This document shows, in pieces, positions 1 through 8,897 of a DNA stretch of 64,000 nt; the first letter of the stretch is position 1, and each line of letters begins with the position of its first letter. A program made the translations under genes and the position numbers. Source of the DNA: Candidatus Woesearchaeota archaeon (GTDB lineage: Archaea > Nanobdellota > Nanobdellia > Pacearchaeales > GW2011-AR1); the NCBI GenBank assembly GCA_964419275.1, contig CAYQOY010000001.1, positions 15,218 to 79,217 on the forward strand, given 5' to 3'. The notes under the pieces were generated by a model, which was not told the origin of the DNA, searched no databases, and was given only the letters and a program-made list of their open reading frames with translations.

Positions 1-258
1 TAAAGAAAGAACATCTGCTATAGACTTAACATTGAATCCTATCTTCTTAAGTCTAGCGAAAAATGCTTGCTGTTCTTCTTGACTCGCAGTGATAAGGTTT
101 TTTGCCTTCTTTCTGATTAATTTAACTTTAGCATCAGCTTTCCAAATTTCAGTTTTGCTTTTTAATCCGAATTTCTCGATTATTATTGCTTCTTCGTCTA
201 TTCTTGCTTTATCAAAAGGTCTTTTTGGTCGTGAATAAAGTTTATGTTTTCTTTTCAT
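1..258 (-). CDS. rps4: 30S ribosomal protein S4 (uS4), runs off the window edge
   Basis: Manual minus-strand translation from ATG 258: MKRKHKLYSRPKRPFDKARIDEE...KFGLKSKTEIWKA; directly follows rps13; not in the ORF track. Confidence 0.9.
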   Translation of the reverse strand, partial: MKRKHKLYSRPKRPFDKARIDEEAIIIEKFGLKSKTEIWKADAKVKLIRKKAKNLITASQEEQQAFFARLKKIGFNVKSIADVLSL

Positions 259-263
259 TTTAT

Positions 264-791
264 TTATTTAGCAGCTGTTTTCTTTTTAATTCCAACACCC
301 TTGCTTCTGTTTCTTCTGAAATGACTCTTTGTTCTTTGTCCCCTTACTGGAAGATTCAAGTAGTGTCTTAACCCTTTGTAACTTCTAATTTGTTTTAATC
401 TTTTAATATCAAACTCTTTTTTTAATTCTAAGTCTGTTCCGACAAGATGCTCATCGTCTCCTGTTTCCCTGTCTTTTCTTCGGTTTAATAAGAATTTAGA
501 AAAAGTGGGTTTTTTGATGAAATCTGAAATTTTTTTTATGTCTACTTCATTTAATGCTCCAACTTTTGTTTTTTTGCTTATCCTTAAAGAAACGCAAACG
601 GCATTAGCAACACTCCAGGAAATTCCTTTTATTTTAGTAAGAGCTGGATAAATTGCCATATTTGCATCTACATCTGTTCCAAGAATTCTAACCATTCTGC
701 CCAAATGTTCTTGTTGCTTAGCTAGCATAGGGTTCATTTTAGGCTTTTGTGCTTCTTTCGTCGCTGTTTCTTGTTTTTCTTTTGCTTCCAT
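264..791 (-). CDS. rps13: 30S ribosomal protein S13 (uS13)
   Basis: IKGIS helix-hairpin region and SYKGLRHYLNLPVRGQRTKS motif. Confidence 0.97.
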   Translation of the reverse strand: MEAKEKQETATKEAQKPKMNPMLAKQQEHLGRMVRILGTDVDANMAIYPALTKIKGISWSVANAVCVSLRISKKTKVGALNEVDIKKISDFIKKPTFSKFLLNRRKDRETGDDEHLVGTDLELKKEFDIKRLKQIRSYKGLRHYLNLPVRGQRTKSHFRRNRSKGVGIKKKTAAK

Positions 792-800
792 TGTATTTTT

Positions 801-1337
801 TTAATGAACGAACAAATTATATCTTTCCAAATCTACTAGCTCTTTAAAAATCCTTCTCTCAATAGCTTTTTGTGGGTCTGGAAGGTTTGGAACCCTTTTT
901 CGGATATCTTCAAAAGATTTGAAAGGTTCTTCTTCTCTTTGTTTAATTATTTCTTGCATATGCTTTTTTCCTAGTCCTGGCAAAAATTCTAGTTGGTGAA
1001 CTCTTTTGTTTATTGCATCTGATTTATTGTAAAATTCAACAAATTCTGCTTCTCTTTCTCCAACAATTCTTTTAATGAACTCTTCTAGTTGAGCTTTTCC
1101 TGCTTCGGTTAATTTGTCTCTTGCAAGTCTTCCAGAGATATAATAAACCTTGTCTCTTTTTCCTTCTCCGATATAAACTTTTTCTCCGATTTCAAAACTA
1201 GAACCTCTTCTAGGAACTAATTCCAATAGGGTAAGATTCTTTTCTCCGATAGCTTGTACTATGGGAATCATTTTTCTTTCCAAAGGGTATCCGTTTGGTA
1301 AATATTCTAGTACAATTGCATATTCTTCTTTTTCCAT
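801..1337 (-). CDS. DUF655 family putative nucleic-acid-binding protein
   Basis: EEYAIVLEYLPNG, VQAIGE, LEFLPGLGKKHM; conserved archaeal order rpl21e-rpoF-DUF655. Confidence 0.9.
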   Translation of the reverse strand: MEKEEYAIVLEYLPNGYPLERKMIPIVQAIGEKNLTLLELVPRRGSSFEIGEKVYIGEGKRDKVYYISGRLARDKLTEAGKAQLEEFIKRIVGEREAEFVEFYNKSDAINKRVHQLEFLPGLGKKHMQEIIKQREEEPFKSFEDIRKRVPNLPDPQKAIERRIFKELVDLERYNLFVH

Positions 1338-1342
1338 GTTCT

Positions 1343-1645
1343 TTACCTGTAATGTTTAACTATATCCAATATTTTTTGGATTTCATCTTCATCTAATCTT
1401 ACGTCGATAAAGATTTTGTTTAAGTCTTCTGCATTTTCCGGCAAAAGATCTATAACTTTAGAGATATGCTCGGATTTTATTTTTAACAGATTTAGGTCTT
1501 GGAGTTTCGCTCTAAGCTCTTTAGCTTTTTTTGAGTCTATCTGAACAAACTTGTTTATGAAGCCGACTAACTCACTAGCACTATCATTACCTTTAAGGTA
1601 CTCTTCTGCTTCAGCCATACTTAATGATTCTCTATTTCTTATCAT
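1343..1645 (-). CDS. rpoF: RNA polymerase subunit F (Rpo4)
   Basis: LSMAEA...KVIDLLPENAEDL...ILDIV pattern; lies between rpl21e and DUF655. Confidence 0.88.
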   Translation of the reverse strand: MIRNRESLSMAEAEEYLKGNDSASELVGFINKFVQIDSKKAKELRAKLQDLNLLKIKSEHISKVIDLLPENAEDLNKIFIDVRLDEDEIQKILDIVKHYR

Positions 1646-1938
1646 TTTGTTGTTTTTGGTTTCTTGTCAACTTTTGTTGTTTTTATTTGTTTTATTTTTT
1701 TCAGATGGACTGGATCAATTAAAAACTGTTTTTTTTCGTTTTGATCTTTTAATCCAAGAACATAAAATTTTCCTCGTTTCCCTTCGATGATTCCTGTTTT
1801 TCCTTGAAGTCTTAATGGAAATTTAGAATCTATTGTTGGTTCCTTAACTACTGCGGCGCTATCTCCAACTTCAAATTCTTGAAAGTGCTTGCTAAGCCCC
1901 GGCTTTCCACGACTTATTACTCGATTCATCTTTCCCAT
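1642..1938 (-). CDS. rpl21e: 50S ribosomal protein L21e
   Basis: FEVGD...RLQGKTG.I.G.RG...PVHLK motif. Confidence 0.93.
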   Translation of the reverse strand: MGKMNRVISRGKPGLSKHFQEFEVGDSAAVVKEPTIDSKFPLRLQGKTGIIEGKRGKFYVLGLKDQNEKKQFLIDPVHLKKIKQIKTTKVDKKPKTTK

Positions 1939-2009
1939 GTTTTAAACAAATAGACTTCATTTAAAAAGCTTCGCATGCTAAGTACATGCTAGAATTCTTA
2001 ATTCTGCGA

Positions 2010-2207
2010 TTAAAGCTTAGACATATTTAAACTTCTAGAGGTATTATTAAATAGCTCTAAATCGTTATTGTCTCTTGCATTTTCCATTGATGCGACGATT
2101 GCTTTAAACATTTTTTCGCCCCAAACTCCAACACCACATTTGTCACAAAAGTCAATAACACTGTTGTCTGAAATTTCGCTTTTGCAGTAAATACACTTTT
2201 TTGTCAT
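2010..2207 (-). CDS. Small zinc-ribbon protein, hypothetical
   Basis: CxxC...CxxC (CIYC, CDKC) in 65 aa. Confidence 0.7.
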   Translation of the reverse strand: MTKKCIYCKSEISDNSVIDFCDKCGVGVWGEKMFKAIVASMENARDNNDLELFNNTSRSLNMSKL

Positions 2208-2315
2208 AGTCTCCTCCTTTATTCTGAAACTGTAGCCTCTAAAACCTGTTTTGTTTTTAAAGATTTGTATATCCTAAATAGTAACTTTTAAAAAGCAACC
2301 CGTTTACTAGAAAAT

Positions 2316-2513
2316 ATGATAATTCCAATAAGATGTTTTAGCTGCGGTAAACCAATCGGCCACTTGTGGGAAGAATATAAAAAACGGGTTGAGGCTGGAG
2401 AAAAGTCTGGGAAGGTTTTAGATGACCTGGGCTTGGAAAGATACTGCTGCAGATCAATTTTCTTAGGACAAACAGACTTGGTTAAGCTTGTTGGAAAATT
2501 CAAGAAAGTTTAA
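2316..2513 (+). CDS. rpoN: RNA polymerase subunit N (Rpo10)
   Basis: [12 protein letters not shown]...RYCCR signature. Confidence 0.98.
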   Translation: MIIPIRCFSCGKPIGHLWEEYKKRVEAGEKSGKVLDDLGLERYCCRSIFLGQTDLVKLVGKFKKV

Positions 2514-2531
2514 GTTTTGATTTTTTAAAAT

Positions 2532-2792
2532 CTAGCTCATTTTCCATCGAGAAATTTTTTTGCAATTTTCACATTTCACTGATTTGGTTTTTTTATTTAT
2601 TCTTATTTCCGGGTTTTTGTGAACATTAAAGCAGTATTTACAAAATAATTTCTTGTTTTCGCCTAGTTTGAGATTATGCTTCATTGCAAGAGTTTTTATT
2701 TTCTTAACTTGCTCGGAAGTTTTATTTTTTATATTTGAAAAGAATTCTTGAATTTCTTTTACAGCCTCGGTTTTTGATAATGTTTTTTGCAT
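2532..2792 (-). CDS. RNase P protein Rpp21-like zinc-ribbon protein
   Basis: KKLFCKYC...IRI...VKCENCKKISR resembles the Rpp21/RPR2 zinc ribbon; protein is short. Confidence 0.65.
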   Translation of the reverse strand: MQKTLSKTEAVKEIQEFFSNIKNKTSEQVKKIKTLAMKHNLKLGENKKLFCKYCFNVHKNPEIRINKKTKSVKCENCKKISRWKMS

Positions 2793-2829
2793 TTGATTTT
2801 TAATAGGAAAAATTAAAAAATAAAAAAAG

Positions 2830-2944
2830 GTGAGAGGGCATTACTGTTTCGCACCCTTTTGGGGAACTAACGCAGTAACGTAATTGGCTTGACTTCTGAG
2901 TTCGGAAAGGGATCAGGTATTGTCCAACTACTGTGGCCTTCTAC
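2830..2944 (-). rRNA. rrf: 5S rRNA, not linked to 16S/23S in this window
   Basis: Reverse complement reads ...GGCCACAG...CCTGATCCCTTTCCGAACTCAGAAGTCAAGCC..., the conserved 5S loop C region; followed by a T-run; ends approximate. Confidence 0.9.
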
Positions 2945-3058
2945 GATTTTTAGATAATCTAGCTGTTTTTAAGGTTTTTGGTATGCTTTGTGTTTGAAAA
3001 TAAAAACTAAGTTTGGAAAAGCTAAGTTTTTTATAATGCCTAAAATATCAAACTTTAC

Positions 3059-3142
3059 GCGGAAATGCCGGAGTGGTCAAACGGGCTGGATTAAGGCTCC
3101 AGTGGCTTAGTGCCTGCGAAGGTTCGATCCCTTCTTTCCGCA
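3059..3142 (+). tRNA. tRNA-Leu, anticodon AAG (3093-3095), long variable arm, CCA not encoded
   Basis: Acceptor stem GCGGAAA/TTTCCGC+A; anticodon stem CTGGA/TCCAG with loop TTAAGGC; T-arm GAAGG-TTCGATC-CCTTC. Confidence 0.92.
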
Positions 3143-3291
3143 TTGAACAATTGAAAGCGGCAAATAAGGTTGAATTATCCAAACAAAAACCTTTAAATAA
3201 TGTTATTTTCAAGACATATTGTATAACTCAATAAACCTGCGAGTTAAACGCGTAAGCAGGAGTTTCGACTTCTGTAAACATTATAAGAAAA

Positions 3292-3660
3292 ATGAAATCA
3301 AATACAAAAATAAATGAGCAAACAAGAAAGAAGACTAATCCTGAATTAGTTGGAGCAATTCTTGCTGCAAAGAAAAATGAAGCTTGGAAAAGAGTTGCTG
3401 AAATTCTTTCAAGCCCAAGAAAAAATAAAAGAGAAGAAAATTTAACAAGAATTAATGCTGAAGCTAAAGAGGGAGATGTGATTGTTATTCCGGGAAAAGT
3501 TCTTTCAATGGGAGAATTAAACAAAAAAATCAAAGTTGTCGCACTTAGTTTTTCTAAAGGCGCTGAAGACAAGATATTAAAAGCAAACTCAACAATCTCA
3601 ACAATAGTTGATGAAATTAAAAAGAATCCAGCTGCTAAAGCAGTTAAAATTTTAGAATGA
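3292..3660 (+). CDS. rpl18e: 50S ribosomal protein L18e
   Basis: KTNPEL...VIVIPGKVLSMG...VVALSFS; cluster with rpl13 and rps9. Confidence 0.95.
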   Translation: MKSNTKINEQTRKKTNPELVGAILAAKKNEAWKRVAEILSSPRKNKREENLTRINAEAKEGDVIVIPGKVLSMGELNKKIKVVALSFSKGAEDKILKANSTISTIVDEIKKNPAAKAVKILE

Positions 3661-4049
3661 AAATCATAGATGGGCAAAATGCAGTTTTAGGAAGAGTTGC
3701 TAGCTATGCAGCTAAAGAAGCTCTTAAGGGAGAGGACATCGCAATTGTTAATTGCAAAGATTTGATTATCACTGGAACAAAAAAATTCATTGAAAAAAGC
3801 ATCCAAGAAAGAAGAGGAAGAGTCGGATGGAGTAGACAAGGACAAAGATATTCTCGTTCCACTGAAAAAATGGTTAAAACCGCTATTAGGGGAATGATTC
3901 CTAATTATCGATTAGGAAGGGGAAAAATTGCATTTGAAAAAATAAAATGTTATTCTGATGTTCCAAAAGAATTTGAAAACTCTGAAAAAATTTCTATCGC
4001 AAAAGATAAGAAGAAAATCTTTGTTAAAGTTAAGGAGGTTTCTCAATGA
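3657..4049 (+). CDS. rpl13: 50S ribosomal protein L13
   Basis: IIDGQNAVLGRVAS..AK and IRGMIP motifs. Confidence 0.96.
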   Translation: MKIIDGQNAVLGRVASYAAKEALKGEDIAIVNCKDLIITGTKKFIEKSIQERRGRVGWSRQGQRYSRSTEKMVKTAIRGMIPNYRLGRGKIAFEKIKCYSDVPKEFENSEKISIAKDKKKIFVKVKEVSQ

Positions 4050-4459
4050 AATCTGACAAAAGCAAAATAGTTCAATCAGGTAAAAGAAAAACAGCAGTAG
4101 CTAGAGCAGTTATAATCCCGGGAGAGGGCGTAATAAGATTAAACAAAAGAGATTACAAAACATTACCTTTCTTTGACAAATTAAGAATCGAAGAACCAAT
4201 AAGAATTGCAAAAGAAATTCTAGGAAATATTAACTTTGATGTTCTTATAACTGTTAGGGGCGGGGGACAGAAAGGACAAATTGAAGCTGCAAGAATCGCA
4301 CTTTCTAGGGCAATGGTTGATTTTACAAAATCCAAGGAATTAAAAGAAGCTTTCTTAACTTATGACAGAGGACTTCTTGTTGCAGATGTTAGAAGAAAAG
4401 AAGCTTACAAACCTGGAGACAGTAAGGCTAGAAGTAGAAGACAGAAATCTTATAGATAA
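4046..4459 (+). CDS. rps9: 30S ribosomal protein S9
   Basis: SGKRKTAVARA, VRGGG..GQ, C-terminal QKSYR. Confidence 0.97.
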   Translation: MKSDKSKIVQSGKRKTAVARAVIIPGEGVIRLNKRDYKTLPFFDKLRIEEPIRIAKEILGNINFDVLITVRGGGQKGQIEAARIALSRAMVDFTKSKELKEAFLTYDRGLLVADVRRKEAYKPGDSKARSRRQKSYR

Positions 4460-4493
4460 TTATATTTTTATTTTGCTAGTTAATGCACAAGAA

Positions 4494-5054
4494 TTAATCA
4501 CAAGTGTACGCACAATTTGGATGATTCAATAATTCTTCAAGACTTAGATGAGAAAGGTAATACGCAACTCCGTCTGCAATTCTAACAATTCTTGGTTGGC
4601 TTCTTAAGTAAAAATTAGGGTCCGGAGTTTTTGTGTAATTTTTTGCTTGAATCTCAGCAAAATGCAAATAAGAAAGATGATGGATTAATTCTTTATCATA
4701 TCCCTCACAAGGTTCTCCGTCAAAATGAACTCCCAAATGGGCTTTTTCAAAGGTCTTTGTTTCTAAAAACTTTCTTATCAGCTTAGGAGCTTCATATCCT
4801 AAATTACAATGCTTATGTTTATACTTTTCATTTATTAAAAGTGCGAATAGATATTCTCCGCCTTGATTCAACCAGTCTAATGCTCCTTCTCTATCTCTTT
4901 TTGTGTGAAATTCTCTAGGAACTCCATCTTCAAAATCATAAGAAAACGCTGCAACAACGATCTCAGGTTTGTCTGGCTGATTTACTTTGCCTCGTTGGGC
5001 TTCATCTAACCCGCATATCAAATACGAATTTTCTGTTTGAATTTCTTCAATCAT
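4494..5054 (-). CDS. Putative RNase H-fold nuclease-like protein
   Basis: N-terminal ICGLDEAQRG resembles RNase HII GxDEAGRG; further acidic motifs FDGE and IADGVA. Confidence 0.5.
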   Translation of the reverse strand: MIEEIQTENSYLICGLDEAQRGKVNQPDKPEIVVAAFSYDFEDGVPREFHTKRDREGALDWLNQGGEYLFALLINEKYKHKHCNLGYEAPKLIRKFLETKTFEKAHLGVHFDGEPCEGYDKELIHHLSYLHFAEIQAKNYTKTPDPNFYLRSQPRIVRIADGVAYYLSHLSLEELLNHPNCAYTCD

Positions 5055-5589
5055 TTTGTTTTTCGTTTTTTAATCTTTCAAGTTTGTTTTGAACATGATT
5101 GAATAACGTTGAAGAAATCAAAGCGGGATGATTTCCTTCGTAAATCTGATTGTTGAATTTAACTTTCCCTATATAAGTAAAATTAGTAAGTATTTTTTTC
5201 AATCCATTGACAGAAAGGTTGTGCCTTTGCGCGAGCTGTCTTAAACTAATATTTTCATTTAGAAATTCCTGGAAGATATCTTCAATTTCATTTTTGTTTT
5301 CTGCTGGAATAAGCTTTTTATCTTCCATTTTATAACCGAATGGAACTCGTGACATTACTTTTCCTTTAGATGCTTGAGAAATCATTCCTTTTTTTTGTTT
5401 TTCACCAACTCCCGCATATTTTCTAAAGGAGTCTAGAACACTTCCGTTTATTTTCTCTGAGATATACTCTTGGAATTTTTCGGAATTATTTGGGGAAAAA
5501 TAATGACAGATGTCACAAAGGTAAACTTGGAACTTTTCTTTGTTTTTTTCAGAATCATGCCCACATTTCACACATCTTTTTCCACTCAT
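5047..5589 (-). CDS. Zn-finger plus serine-recombinase-type DNA-binding domain, no catalytic domain
   Basis: Two CxxC; PFGYK...ILTNFTYIG...HPALIS..LF..VQ is the recombinase-domain pattern; no resolvase catalytic N-terminus. Confidence 0.75.
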   Translation of the reverse strand: MSGKRCVKCGHDSEKNKEKFQVYLCDICHYFSPNNSEKFQEYISEKINGSVLDSFRKYAGVGEKQKKGMISQASKGKVMSRVPFGYKMEDKKLIPAENKNEIEDIFQEFLNENISLRQLAQRHNLSVNGLKKILTNFTYIGKVKFNNQIYEGNHPALISSTLFNHVQNKLERLKNEKQND

Positions 5590-6236
5590 TTGAAACTCAC
5601 TCCTCGGATAGTTAATTGTTTTATTAAATCTTTATTGTTCTTGAAAAGAATAGATGGAATTCCCAATTTTTTTGCTCCGTTAATATTCTCTGGTTTGTCA
5701 TCTATAAACAAAACTTGATTTTCAGATATTTTTAATTTTTTCAATGTTAATTTGAAAATTTCTGGTTCTGGCTTTCTTGTGCGAACCTGGCATGAAAAAA
5801 TTCTTTTTTTAAACAAATGCTTTAAGTGATACTGTTTAGAAAGATATTGCTTGTGAATCTTTCCAAGATTTGAAAGCAAGACTAAGTTATGTTTTCTTTT
5901 CAGTAAAACCAACAATAAAATCAGCTCTTTATTTGGCCAAAAAATAGAATTCCAAGCATTTTTGAAATCTTTATAAGAAACTTTGTTTACACCCAGTTCA
6001 GTTGCAAGGATTTTTAAGTAAACTCTTGGGCTTTTCCCTTTTTCCATCGCGTTGATAAAACTGTTTGTGTTTGAAGAGAGTATATGTGAGATTTTTTTCG
6101 CTGGAACATTCAAAATAGGCTCGAGTTTTTCAGCAGCGATTTTCTGATCATAAAAAACAACCACCCCCCCTAAATCAAATATAAGAGTATTCCTCTTGAA
6201 CTCATTTGCATTGGAATCACCTCTCTTTAGTTTCAT
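5586..6236 (-). CDS. HAD-family phosphatase
   Basis: IFDLGGV, LLSN, KPEPEIF, FIDD motifs. Confidence 0.9.
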   Translation of the reverse strand: MKLKRGDSNANEFKRNTLIFDLGGVVVFYDQKIAAEKLEPILNVPAKKISHILSSNTNSFINAMEKGKSPRVYLKILATELGVNKVSYKDFKNAWNSIFWPNKELILLLVLLKRKHNLVLLSNLGKIHKQYLSKQYHLKHLFKKRIFSCQVRTRKPEPEIFKLTLKKLKISENQVLFIDDKPENINGAKKLGIPSILFKNNKDLIKQLTIRGVSFK

Positions 6237-6237
6237 T

Positions 6238-6444
6238 TTATTTTTTACGGATATTCTTACTCTTTTCTTTATTTTTTAAATTGGAATTTTTGAAAAGCTC
6301 TCTTTGATTAAGAATCATCAAAACAATTGCTCCGATAATAAATGCCCAATTAACCAAGAATGTTAAAGCAATGCACGCGAGAGCAATCAAAGAAAAAAAG
6401 AAGACTTTTTTATTTCTCAATTGCATGATATAATTTAGTTTCAA
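6238..6444 (-). CDS. Small membrane protein
   Basis: Two short hydrophobic segments; tightly packed between co-oriented genes. Confidence 0.55.
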   Translation of the reverse strand: MKLNYIMQLRNKKVFFFSLIALACIALTFLVNWAFIIGAIVLMILNQRELFKNSNLKNKEKSKNIRKK

Positions 6445-6491
6445 GGGTTTTTAATTTTTTATTTCAATAAAATCTTCTTATTTTTTATTTT

Positions 6492-7343
6492 TCAGGTTTT
6501 ATCCTCGGAATTCAACTTTAAGTCGTCGATTGGGCTTTTAATCTTCTTTAATTCTTCTGAAGAAACATGCGCATAAAGCTGGGTTGTGCTAAGATTGCTA
6601 TGCCCTAATAGTTCTTGGATTAATCTTATATCTACTTTATTTTCCAAGAGATGTGTTGCAAAGCTATGCCTTAGCGTGTGGGGATGAACATCTTTCTTTA
6701 TTTTAGCTGCAATTGCTGCTCTTTTGATTATTTTTTGAATGTTTCTTTCTGTAATTTTTCCGTTTCTTCCGCTGAAAAGGTAAATCTCTTTTCTTTGTTT
6801 TTGATTTTCTGCTTGCTGTTTAAGCTCTTCAATTAAAAATTCCGGGATATTAAACAGCCTATCTTTTCTCCCTTTTGCTTGTCTAGCATATCCTGTTTTT
6901 TCTTCAAAAGATAAATCTGAAACTTTTAGGTTAGTTAGTTCAGATACCCGAAATCCGCATGCGTAAAGTAAACTTACAATTAGTTTGCTTTTTTTATTAG
7001 TTATTAAATCAATAAGTCTCGTGACTTCTTCTTTTGTTAAAACGGGGGGAATCCTCCTTTCTTTTTTTGGACGTTTTATGCCCTCAGTAATATCCTCTTT
7101 TAGCAAATTAGAGTAAGCGTATTTTACTGCAGACAAAAAAACAATTATTGAGGGGGAAGACATATTGGATATCTTAGACGCAATAAAGTTCTTAACATCC
7201 TGATTTTTGACTTGTTCTGGGTTCTTACTGCAGAAGTCTAGAAGTTCACTGTTCGCTCTTACATAATTCCTAATAGTATGCTCAGAATTTTTTGAAATCT
7301 TAAGCTCTACTTTTAGTTTATCTAAAAATTCTTGCTTGTTCAT
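6492..7343 (-). CDS. xerA: XerA-like tyrosine recombinase
   Basis: LYACGFRVSE, KGRKDR, HPHTLRHSFATHLL, LLGHSNLSTTQLY; catalytic R-K-H-R-H-Y intact. Confidence 0.93.
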   Translation of the reverse strand: MNKQEFLDKLKVELKISKNSEHTIRNYVRANSELLDFCSKNPEQVKNQDVKNFIASKISNMSSPSIIVFLSAVKYAYSNLLKEDITEGIKRPKKERRIPPVLTKEEVTRLIDLITNKKSKLIVSLLYACGFRVSELTNLKVSDLSFEEKTGYARQAKGRKDRLFNIPEFLIEELKQQAENQKQRKEIYLFSGRNGKITERNIQKIIKRAAIAAKIKKDVHPHTLRHSFATHLLENKVDIRLIQELLGHSNLSTTQLYAHVSSEELKKIKSPIDDLKLNSEDKT

Positions 7344-7365
7344 CTGTGCCTCTTTTACCCTAAAA

Positions 7366-7376
7366 TTGTACGAACT
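7366..7376. promoter_or_regulatory. dif-like half site in the xerA promoter
   Basis: TTGTACGAACT matches the right arm of the 8898-8925 site at 10/11; lies between a minus-strand TATA-like box (~7377-7384) and the xerA ATG. Confidence 0.55.
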
Positions 7377-7429
7377 TTTTATATGTTATGAAATTTCACT
7401 TTTCGTATTTTACTTGTTTCAGACGCGGT

Positions 7430-7457
7430 CCAAACAGCTGTTTAAACAGCTGTTTGG
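7430..7457. repeat. Perfect 28-bp palindrome CCAAACAGCTGTTTAAACAGCTGTTTGG
   Basis: Two tandem AAACAGCTGTTT units between the divergent xerA and RRM genes; the unit recurs at 10608-10619 and 11032-11076. Confidence 0.9.
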
Positions 7458-7589
7458 CTTTTGATCAACCAATTTATGAATTTTTCAAAAGGCATAACCT
7501 TAAAAATCGTGATTTATTGGAAAATGTAGAATAAGTAAATCTTGTTCTGTAATTAAATAAAACGTAGATTAATCTACAAGGATCGCGAA

Positions 7590-7943
7590 ATGAGTAAGAA
7601 ACTTTATGTAGGAAACTTGAACTTTAGTATGGATCACCAAAAGCTGAAAGACGCTTTCTCTGAATTCGGAGAAATCGAAGAAGCTGTGATTATACAAGAT
7701 AAGTTCTCTGGAAGATCCAAAGGATTCGGTTTCGTAACCTTCAAACAAGATGCAGATGCTGACAAGGCAATTGCTGCAATGAATGAAAAAGAAATTGAAG
7801 GCAGAAAAATAACTGTAAACGAAGCTAGACCAATGGAAGATAGACCATCTAGACCTCCAAGAAGAGACTTTGGTGGAAGAGGCGGAAGAGATGGCGGAAG
7901 ACCAGGTTTTAACAGAGATAGACCCCCTAGAAGATTTAACTAA
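7590..7943 (+). CDS. RRM (RNP-1) RNA-binding protein with RG-rich tail
   Basis: KLYVGNL (RNP2) and RSKGFGFVTF (RNP1). Confidence 0.95.
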   Translation: MSKKLYVGNLNFSMDHQKLKDAFSEFGEIEEAVIIQDKFSGRSKGFGFVTFKQDADADKAIAAMNEKEIEGRKITVNEARPMEDRPSRPPRRDFGGRGGRDGGRPGFNRDRPPRRFN

Positions 7944-8027
7944 AATTAATTAGGAAATATCTTTAGCTAAAAGCTAAATTTTTTAATTTTTATTTTTTAA
8001 TTTTAAATAACAAAAGAGAAGAACAAT

Positions 8028-8783
8028 TTATTTGAACTGATTGTTTAGTTCTTCTTCGTTTTCTTTTAAGTAAACTAAAGAAGACTTAACAAAAGACTCA
8101 AAATCTTTACTTTTTTCATATAACTTGTTAAGTTCTGCTAAAATAAATTTGCCTTTCAGAGTAATATTATCTAAAAAAGAATAGTAAAGCCGTTCTTTAG
8201 GCAAGTTTAGTTCTGAAACTTCTTTGGAAAAAAGAATTCCCGGAGCTATCTCGCTAAGTTTCCAAATTAAATGTGGGTGCTCAAACTCTTGTTCGTTTAC
8301 TTCTGGAAAGATCTCTTTTATTTTCTTAAAAAACAAAAAATGTGAAAGTTCGTGCAAAATTACTATTTTTACCTGTTCTTCATTCATTTTCCAGTAAAGA
8401 TCAAAAGTCTGGTATTTTAGATATCTGGGACAAATTGGATTTAAGGTTATTCTAGCCTTAAACTCTGAAAACTCCGGGCTCCAAGAGGTTTGTATTCTTT
8501 CTTGAATCAGCTTCAAGAAATTCTCGTTTACTTCTTTCCAAGCACGAGTATATCTTCCTTTTGCAAGGGCTAGGTCCTTGCTTCTCTCTTTTTCCTTTTC
8601 TTGAAAAAAATCCCAAATTGTTTGAGACTTATTTTTAGAAGATTTTAAGGATTCTATTAATTCAGGATAAGCTCTTTTAATGGATTCGTGAAAATGATAC
8701 TGGGGGTTTACGACTTTTTCTAAAAAAGAGAGATAATCTTTAATATTAGCTATTTCAAAAGTTACCTTTGGAAAGTCCTGCAT
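8028..8783 (-). CDS. Hypothetical protein with HExxH motif (possible zincin metallopeptidase)
   Basis: ILHELSHFLF followed by a downstream LSE. Confidence 0.6.
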   Translation of the reverse strand: MQDFPKVTFEIANIKDYLSFLEKVVNPQYHFHESIKRAYPELIESLKSSKNKSQTIWDFFQEKEKERSKDLALAKGRYTRAWKEVNENFLKLIQERIQTSWSPEFSEFKARITLNPICPRYLKYQTFDLYWKMNEEQVKIVILHELSHFLFFKKIKEIFPEVNEQEFEHPHLIWKLSEIAPGILFSKEVSELNLPKERLYYSFLDNITLKGKFILAELNKLYEKSKDFESFVKSSLVYLKENEEELNNQFK

Positions 8784-8823
8784 ATTATTTTACCTTTTAG
8801 AGAAATAAATATTTTTTGGTTGA

Positions 8824-8850
8824 TGTGCACTTAGATTAACTTAGTGAACA
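8824..8850. repeat. Repeat R1, imperfect inverted repeat TGTGCACTTAG-ATTAA-CTTAGTGAACA
   Basis: Arms complementary at 9/11; near-identical copies at 9114-9140 and 10381-10407. Confidence 0.85.
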
Positions 8851-8897
8851 CTGTTTTTTTGAGATGAAATTCTTTAGATTTTTGCCTAAAAATGTCG

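Noticed and set aside
3091..3097. Reading the tRNA as Leu(TAA)
   Set aside because: That register would need GCTGG to pair with CTCCA, which fails; only the AAG register gives a full stem
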